Origin: a virus
DNA length: 64,000 nt
Strand: one strand, 5' to 3'
IMG/VR virus record: IMGVR_UViG_3300008266_000018
Location: 1-64,000 of that record
Part shown: positions 58,319 to 64,000 of the stretch, one piece after another
Position numbering within the stretch: position 1 is the first letter of the stretch
Layout: the number at the start of each line of letters is the position of its first letter
Made by a program: the position numbers and the translations under genes
Notes under the pieces: generated by a model
Seen by the model: only the letters and a program-made list of their open reading frames with translations
What the model was told of the DNA's origin: nothing
Databases searched by the model: none

Positions 58319-58861
58319 ATGTCAAGGCATGCTAATCTTCCATTTCATCTTTACGTCAAAGTAAGCAATAAATATCTTGGCGCGGAAATGCCAGATGGTT
58401 ATACAGAAGCTATTTGGCACGGAGTTTTTGGAAGATTTAATCAGGTTTTATCCTGCCATGTCTTGTTAGAAAGTGGAGCGCATTGGAGCGGCTTGCCAAT
58501 TCAAGCAATATCTACAAAAAATAATTATTCTCATTCTTCTAACATTTTAATGCCTTGGGCAACTATGGGAGAAGAAATAGACTGCATTCATTTTAAATAC
58601 TTAGAAGGTATTGAGTGCGAAACTAGAGAAGTAATAAAAACTCCAGCTAGACATACAGGAATAATCATAGACTGGAAAGATGGTTTTAGTAGATATCCGC
58701 AAGAACACAAGCCGCTCAATTTGATTGAATTAGAAAATGGTCAATTTGCTTTATACCCAAATAACTATCTTTATTTCAAAGACGCTCATTTTATTTCAGA
58801 TGAAGCTAAAAGTAATTTAAAATTTTACAAGCGAAACGAAGAAATATACTGGGGAAATTAA
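58319..58861 (+). CDS. Hypothetical phage protein
   Basis: Intact ORF within the operon. Confidence 0.7.
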   Translation: MSRHANLPFHLYVKVSNKYLGAEMPDGYTEAIWHGVFGRFNQVLSCHVLLESGAHWSGLPIQAISTKNNYSHSSNILMPWATMGEEIDCIHFKYLEGIECETREVIKTPARHTGIIIDWKDGFSRYPQEHKPLNLIELENGQFALYPNNYLYFKDAHFISDEAKSNLKFYKRNEEIYWGN

Positions 58862-58862
58862 A

Positions 58863-59246
58863 ATGCTTAGAATAAAAACAAAATTAGATAAAAGCCAAAT
58901 CGCTGGAATTGGAGTTTTCACTGACGAAGATATTCATGAAGGACAAATTATATGGAGTATGAATAATCTTTCTGTCTTTAGAATAACTTCCGAAGATTAT
59001 AAATCTCTTTCCGAAGAAGAAAAAAATTTTATAGAAGAAAAAGATTACTATTGGATCGACAGCGATGGAAGCTATATGATTCCATTAGATGACAGCAGAT
59101 TTATAAATCATTCTGAAAGTCCAAATGTTATAGATAAAAATGATTATTTAACTATTGCAGCTAGAAATATTAAAAAAGGCGAAGAGTTAACTATGAATTA
59201 TAGGACATTAGTTAGTGAAGAATATTGGAAACCTTATTTTAAATGA
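58863..59246 (+). CDS. SET-domain protein
   Basis: GIGVF, RFINHS..PN, A.RNI.KGEELT.NY. Confidence 0.9.
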   Translation: MLRIKTKLDKSQIAGIGVFTDEDIHEGQIIWSMNNLSVFRITSEDYKSLSEEEKNFIEEKDYYWIDSDGSYMIPLDDSRFINHSESPNVIDKNDYLTIAARNIKKGEELTMNYRTLVSEEYWKPYFK

Positions 59247-59743
59247 GACTTAATAAAATTGAATATGGTTTTTATCTTGCTCTTGCGTCTAGGGCAAGAT
59301 CTGAAGATCGTCAAACTCAGACAGGATGCGTACTTTTTGATGAAAACTGGCGCACAATTGGCACTGGTTTCAACGGATTCGCGCCAAAATTCGTTCCAAC
59401 CGAAGATGTTTTTGAAGATCGCTCTTTCAAATCTGAAATTATTTGTCACGCAGAAATTAATGCTATTCTTAATAGCTCAAAAAACGCTAAGTATTTATTT
59501 TCAGTATTAAGTCCATGCGTATCTTGCGCCAAAACAATTGCCGCCACATCAATCAAAGAAGTTTATTTTATTAAACAATATCATAAAGCTGGCGCAGAAG
59601 CTGACATGAAGTACGCCAAAATCTTTGATTTATATGGAATAAAAGTTTTTCAAATTTCTAAAGATAGTCTTTCAAATATAGAAAAAGTAATGAAACAAGA
59701 AGTAGAAAATATTAAAAATTTATCTTTGGATCTTGAGTATTAA
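59243..59743 (+). CDS. dCMP deaminase
   Basis: RSED, GFNG, HAEINA and PCVSC motifs. Confidence 0.88.
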   Translation: MRLNKIEYGFYLALASRARSEDRQTQTGCVLFDENWRTIGTGFNGFAPKFVPTEDVFEDRSFKSEIICHAEINAILNSSKNAKYLFSVLSPCVSCAKTIAATSIKEVYFIKQYHKAGAEADMKYAKIFDLYGIKVFQISKDSLSNIEKVMKQEVENIKNLSLDLEY

Positions 59744-59758
59744 AACGTAATATATTAC

Positions 59759-60043
59759 ATGAAGGATCAAAGGAAAGATGATTCGCTTCTTAACCTTTGT
59801 AAGGTACTAGATACTGATTACATAGATTATGGAGGCAAAATCACTCGTTGGCTTGATCCTGATGCTGACTACAATGACTGTAGCGACGGGTGTAAGTATT
59901 TTATTCCTTTACACAATGAGTCGTATAAAGGAGCAGATTTGGATTTCGGAGTATGCACAAATCCAAAAAGTAAAAGGTGCGGATTGCTTACAAATGAACA
60001 TCAAGCAGGATATGGATGTTTTGAAATAGAAAAATTAAAATAG
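59759..60043 (+). CDS. Cys-rich hypothetical protein
   Basis: DCSDGCKYF...DFGVC.NPKS.R.GLLT.EH..GC. Confidence 0.65.
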   Translation: MKDQRKDDSLLNLCKVLDTDYIDYGGKITRWLDPDADYNDCSDGCKYFIPLHNESYKGADLDFGVCTNPKSKRCGLLTNEHQAGYGCFEIEKLK

Positions 60044-60048
60044 ATTTT

Positions 60049-60122
60049 GAGAGTATAGCTTAATGGTAAAGCGCGATTTTTCCAAATTCGACATGGATGT
60101 TCGATTCAACCTACTCTCTCCA
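60049..60122 (+). tRNA. tRNA-Gly(TCC), atypical
   Basis: Acceptor gagagta/tactctc, D-arm gctt/aagc, anticodon loop tt-tcc-aa, TTCGA, encoded T-CCA; one mismatch each in the anticodon and T stems. Confidence 0.75.
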
Positions 60123-60149
60123 TCTTCTAAAAATAAACATCTAATTTAT

Positions 60150-60225
60150 TGGGGGTTCGTATAATGGATCATTACTGTCGCCTTTGAAGCGATAAATGGG
60201 GTTTCGATCACCTCACCCCCAACCA
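60150..60225 (+). tRNA. tRNA-Gln(TTG)
   Basis: Acceptor tgggggt/accccca (U1-A72), gtcgc-ct-ttg-aa-gcgat anticodon arm, TTCGA, encoded CCA. Confidence 0.88.
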
Positions 60226-60233
60226 ATTTTAAA

Positions 60234-60428
60234 ATGCAAGAACACGAAATTATACTAAAAGAACTAATTGAAAAGCTGAAAACAGTTGATGTAAATAAGA
60301 CCGCTCCATACCTAGTCAAAGAAATAGATAAACACGTTCAAGAAGCTTACTCTCAAATTTATAAAGCTAGAGAGCAAAAAACAGTGTATAATCCTCTAGT
60401 TTATGATAAAAAAGGACACTGCTGCTAA
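60234..60428 (+). CDS. Hypothetical protein
   Basis: ORF track. Confidence 0.55.
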   Translation: MQEHEIILKELIEKLKTVDVNKTAPYLVKEIDKHVQEAYSQIYKAREQKTVYNPLVYDKKGHCC

Positions 60429-60591
60429 AATATCCACGCCATGTACAAAGCAATGCCGTTTAGTAGGAGCAATTAGATGTTATGGATGCGGAAGAACTTG
60501 GCAGCAAATTAAAAACTGGTCATTCTACTCTGAAGAAGAACGTATTGAAATAATAAAAAATTTGAAAAAGCCAGTTTTCGACGATATATAA
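60403..60591 (+). CDS. DUF1289-like Cys-rich protein
   Basis: TPCTKQC...CYGCGRT...I..W......R..I. Confidence 0.8.
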   Translation: MIKKDTAAKISTPCTKQCRLVGAIRCYGCGRTWQQIKNWSFYSEEERIEIIKNLKKPVFDDI

Positions 60592-60596
60592 AATAT

Positions 60597-60731
60597 ATGT
60601 CAGCAGGTAAAGGCGATAAACCCAGAAATTGTTTTAGTAGTAAATATAAAAATAATTACGACGACATAAATTGGGGTGATAAAAATAAGACTTTAAAAAA
60701 GAAGAAAAATTCTAATAATAAAGTCAAATGA
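60597..60731 (+). CDS. 44-aa basic protein missing from the ORF track (MSAGKGDKPRNCFSSKYKNNYDDINWG...)
   Basis: Fills the gap exactly, with an ATGA overlap into the next gene. Confidence 0.7.
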   Translation: MSAGKGDKPRNCFSSKYKNNYDDINWGDKNKTLKKKKNSNNKVK

Positions 60732-62086
60732 AGAATCTTTCAATTATTTTTATCTCACTTCTTGTAGCTTTTACAGCTATAAGCATTAAAGCCAAAAGTC
60801 AATCTAAAGCTCAAACTAAGTTTCCAGACTTCGGCTTTATGGTTCCGCCCAGCGAAGTCACAAATGTTAATGAAGTTTTTAAACTAAGTCAGGATTACCC
60901 GAAGAGCCTTCCAAAGAACAAGCTTCCTAAATTTTACAGCATAGATTATAAAACTAATTGGCGCGAATATCTACTTTCTGTACGAGATTACTGTTTTGAA
61001 GGAAATACAAATGTAGATTTTCGAGTTGAGAATAATAAGGCTCGAAATTGGTATCACATGCCTTTCCAACATTATTCTGCAAATGGCCGAGAAGGGTTTC
61101 ACGGATTAACCAAGGAAGCGCCAGTTAAGGCGCATCAACTCGCTATTTCGCAAGAATACGCCACATCTGGCGCGTGGGCAGTAGGCTTCTTTAATGACGT
61201 AGCTGGATATACAATTGGTCAAGTTTGGGCTGATCATGAAAACCCAGATGTCACCCTTATGAAGGGAGGATTTAAACATGGTGCAGTATTGTTTAAGCTA
61301 TTGTTTACTTCTATTCCAAAAGACGTAGCTGAAGCCACAGTTCCATTTTTCCGCAACGGAATTTGGTGGGACGCTTATGCAACATATAATTTTAATAGTT
61401 CAGACCGTTCAAAAATTCAAGTTGTATTAACCCAAATGGACATTATGGTTCGTGATGATAATGCTCCTAACGGTTGGGTATTTGGCAATTTCCAATATAA
61501 TGGCGCAGTAAATAATCCTATTAAGTGGAATAATCTAGTTCCAGTAGGTTTGATGTGGGGCCAAGATCCTACAAATAATGTAGATTTCTCTAATCCATAT
61601 CCAACAAACACGATTATTAATACAGCTTTGAAGGAAACTATTATTAATCCTGATAGAAACGAGCTTCCTCCTACGCATCTTGGCTGGAATGGTCGTTTAA
61701 ATGGCCCTCTTGATAACTCTATGAGTTCTTGTTATAGCTGCCATTCAACGGCTGAATATCCTCAAGGATCTCCTATCAGTCCATTGTTTGATCCAGTTCT
61801 TTCTAAGAAATATCCCCCCGGCAGCGATGGTTGGATGCTTTGGTTTAGAAATCTAAAGTGCGCTCAGTCTTTTGATAAGTCAACTTACGCTAAACCTCAT
61901 TATTCAACTGACTTCTGTTTACAAATGTCAGAAGCTCTTGAGAATTTCGTAAATTGGAAAGCTGCACAAGGCGGTCTTTATCGCAAGGATTATGATAAAT
62001 CTTCAAATAATTTCCTTGAACTTCGAAATGGAGAGATTAACCTTAGAGAAGGTAAGATCTACCCTGTAGATCGTCGAAATAAATGA
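60728..62086 (+). CDS. Secreted protein with one CxxCH heme-binding motif (putative c-type cytochrome)
   Basis: N-terminal signal peptide; CYSCH at 61730-61744. Confidence 0.65.
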   Translation: MKNLSIIFISLLVAFTAISIKAKSQSKAQTKFPDFGFMVPPSEVTNVNEVFKLSQDYPKSLPKNKLPKFYSIDYKTNWREYLLSVRDYCFEGNTNVDFRVENNKARNWYHMPFQHYSANGREGFHGLTKEAPVKAHQLAISQEYATSGAWAVGFFNDVAGYTIGQVWADHENPDVTLMKGGFKHGAVLFKLLFTSIPKDVAEATVPFFRNGIWWDAYATYNFNSSDRSKIQVVLTQMDIMVRDDNAPNGWVFGNFQYNGAVNNPIKWNNLVPVGLMWGQDPTNNVDFSNPYPTNTIINTALKETIINPDRNELPPTHLGWNGRLNGPLDNSMSSCYSCHSTAEYPQGSPISPLFDPVLSKKYPPGSDGWMLWFRNLKCAQSFDKSTYAKPHYSTDFCLQMSEALENFVNWKAAQGGLYRKDYDKSSNNFLELRNGEINLREGKIYPVDRRNK

Positions 62087-62625
62087 AAGACAAAGACGGA
62101 TATCTCCTAGTCGAAAAAGAGTTTACTCTTCGCGGTTATAAATTTAAATTCATCAAGCAATTAAAAAATGATTGGTGCATTTATGAGAAAATCAAAAAAG
62201 AAGAAGCAGGAGTAAAAAGCAGAACCAAGCACATTCATAAAAAGTATGAGCTTGTAAAATTACGGCGGCAAGAATCTTATGTATTTAATGATAAGAAGAT
62301 TGAAGCTAAATGGCTGTATCCAAGCGATAACGCTTTTGGAAAACTTGGTTTTGACTGCATTTCTTTAGATGCGGCGCAAAATCGATACGAAGAAATCGTT
62401 AAAGCTGGAGAGAAAAAAGAAATAGAAGAAGAGCTTAAGAATGAAGAAGTAAGAATTCCTACAAAGGATTTTACTATCAAAGACTTTATTAAAGCTAATC
62501 CAAAGCTAAATTATTCAATAGCTTATCAAAAGATTAAGGAATTAATCTCAAATAAGGGCATTAGACTCGCAGGAGAAAAGAAAAATAAACGAGGTAAAGC
62601 TAGTAATCTTTATAAAAAGGTGTAA
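62083..62625 (+). CDS. Hypothetical protein with a C-terminal winged-helix-like segment
   Basis: FTIKDF...YQKIKELI...G....RGK...LY. Confidence 0.55.
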   Translation: MKDKDGYLLVEKEFTLRGYKFKFIKQLKNDWCIYEKIKKEEAGVKSRTKHIHKKYELVKLRRQESYVFNDKKIEAKWLYPSDNAFGKLGFDCISLDAAQNRYEEIVKAGEKKEIEEELKNEEVRIPTKDFTIKDFIKANPKLNYSIAYQKIKELISNKGIRLAGEKKNKRGKASNLYKKV

Positions 62626-62634
62626 TAAAAGACT

Positions 62635-62883
62635 ATGGAAGAATACATAGGAGATATTAAATTATTCGCAGGAACTTATTGTCCACAATACTTTATGTAC
62701 TGCGATGGTCAAACATTACAAATTCAATACAATCAAGCGTTATTTGCTGTTATTGGATTTCAATATGGAGGAGACAATAAAACATTATTTGCTCTTCCTA
62801 ATTTAAATAAAAACCCGATTATACAAGGCACAAGTTTGAAATATATAATTTGTACAGAGGGAATTTTCCCAACTAGACCATAA
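62635..62883 (+). CDS. Stand-alone phage tail collar domain protein
   Basis: IGDIKLFAG...CDGQ.L....NQALFAVIG..YGGD...FALPNL...YIIC.EGIFP.R. Confidence 0.88.
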   Translation: MEEYIGDIKLFAGTYCPQYFMYCDGQTLQIQYNQALFAVIGFQYGGDNKTLFALPNLNKNPIIQGTSLKYIICTEGIFPTRP

Positions 62884-62893
62884 TAAAAACAAC

Positions 62894-62918
62894 AAGCCGC
62901 CGAAAGGCGGCTTTTTTT
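62894..62918 (+). terminator. Rho-independent terminator
   Basis: aagccgcc-gaaa-ggcggctt hairpin followed by a T run. Confidence 0.9.
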
Positions 62919-62932
62919 GTGTAAATAAAGAT

Positions 62933-63892
62933 ATGAATTTTAAAAAAATTTTTGCCGTATTTTGTTTATTTTTATTTACAGGATGCTTTTCTACAATAAA
63001 GCCAGCAAAACAAATTGACGACAATCAAAAAATTATTGCCAAAGAAGAGAAGAAGGTAGACAACACTCTTGTAGAAATAGAAAAAAACGACAAAGGTAAG
63101 AAAATACAAACCTCTGGTCTTTCTATTGGTATTCAGCATTCTTTAAATCAAGTTACTAATGCTCCTGTACAAGTAGACACGGCGTTAAAATTGAATGAAA
63201 GAGTTATTTCTATTGTAGGTTCACCTCATATAGATGAAACAAAAAGAATTAAAGCTACAGTAGATTTATTAAATTCTGCTTTAGTTGAAGAGCGTAAGAA
63301 AGGCGAAGAACTTCTCGCTCAACGTGACGATTTAATTAATAAACTTCAAAAAGAAAAATCAGAGCTTAATCAAAAATATGATGACCAACTCTGGCAATTA
63401 ACCGACAAAGCTAAAGAAGTCGCCAAAGAAGCTGACCAAAACAAAGCTGTATTAGATTCAATGAGCGGAATGTTCGGATTAAACGCCGTGTTTTGGGGCT
63501 TAAAGAAGTTTGTTGTTAGTGCATTAACTACAATAGTAGTATTTGTTATAGTATTTGTTCTTCTTCGTTTATTGGCTACGGTTCATCCCGCTGCCGCCGC
63601 CGCATTCTCAATATTTAACATGTTGGGATCTGCAATAATATCTATTCTTAAAGCTCTTACTCCCAAAGCTTTTGAAATGTGTGATTTCGCAACAAAAGAA
63701 AAAGTTGATGAATTTAAATCTCCTCTTGTTAAAATTATAGATGTTATTCAAGAACTAAAAGAAAAACAAAAAGAATCTCCTGATAGAGTATATCCATTAA
63801 ATGAATTACTAAAACGTTTCGAGAAAGAAATGGATAGTGATGAAAAAGATTTAATAGATGATATATTAAGAGAACAAAAGTGGATCAAATAA
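62933..63892 (+). CDS. Lipoprotein with a long coiled coil and C-proximal TM segments
   Basis: Lipobox FTG-C18, a ~150-aa coiled coil, and hydrophobic segments at about aa 190-240. Confidence 0.7.
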   Translation: MNFKKIFAVFCLFLFTGCFSTIKPAKQIDDNQKIIAKEEKKVDNTLVEIEKNDKGKKIQTSGLSIGIQHSLNQVTNAPVQVDTALKLNERVISIVGSPHIDETKRIKATVDLLNSALVEERKKGEELLAQRDDLINKLQKEKSELNQKYDDQLWQLTDKAKEVAKEADQNKAVLDSMSGMFGLNAVFWGLKKFVVSALTTIVVFVIVFVLLRLLATVHPAAAAAFSIFNMLGSAIISILKALTPKAFEMCDFATKEKVDEFKSPLVKIIDVIQELKEKQKESPDRVYPLNELLKRFEKEMDSDEKDLIDDILREQKWIK

Positions 63893-63976
63893 CCGACAAT
63901 ATACCATAAAACACCGGATAACTTAAAAAATCTATTTTATTTATTTTAGTGTAATCAGTTATACGCAACTGATTAT

Positions 63977-64000
63977 ATGAACACAAACGACGTTAATATT
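63977..64000 (+). CDS. Start of a gene truncated by the window end
   Basis: ATG downstream of GTGTAAT at 63949; only 8 codons are visible. Confidence 0.4.

Noticed and set aside
238-63024. Short antisense or nested ORFs in the track (e.g. 238-654, 23299-23541, 43663-43977, 44453-44866, 49734-50075)
   Set aside because: They lie within longer, motif-bearing genes and look like codon-bias shadows.
1-64000. Genome-wide stop-codon reassignment
   Set aside because: Genes are long and tightly packed in the standard code, TGA and TAG terminate many genes, and only one in-frame TGA was found.

Overview
This is a 64-kb, AT-rich segment of a large tailed (Caudoviricetes) bacteriophage genome that reads in the standard code. 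It has three blocks. (1) 1-29978 (+) is the virion module: tail fibre with S74 chaperone, Ig-domain protein, probable neck and tail-completion genes, tail tube, probable chaperones, a 1901-aa tape measure protein (TMP) and several large tail/baseplate proteins. (2) 29965-55367 (-) is the replication/recombination module: three-gene PHP + exonuclease + DnaE polymerase, primase, DnaB, RecA, Cas4/AddB-like nuclease, NrdJ, a sigma factor and a dNMP kinase. It is interleaved with a glycan toolkit (several glycosyltransferases, Gmd, an epimerase, two methyltransferases, a B12 radical SAM). (3) 55377-64000 (+) is the accessory module: Hsp20, HNH, dUTPase, SET protein, dCMP deaminase, two tRNAs, a secreted CxxCH protein, a collar-domain protein and a lipoprotein. 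The main leads are: a TMP carrying two ~210-aa PD-(D/E)xK-like cassettes bounded by a repeated ASGYIPRFA motif; an unannotated ~280-nt multi-branched structured element with its own sigma70-type promoter (54654-54970, -); a recurrent GTGTAA(A)T motif before start codons; a Whirly-like SSB; a sigma54 promoter before hsp20; and strong [S/T]G enrichment in particular virion proteins alongside the glycosyltransferase set. All assignments are by eye from motifs and gene context; no database searches were run.
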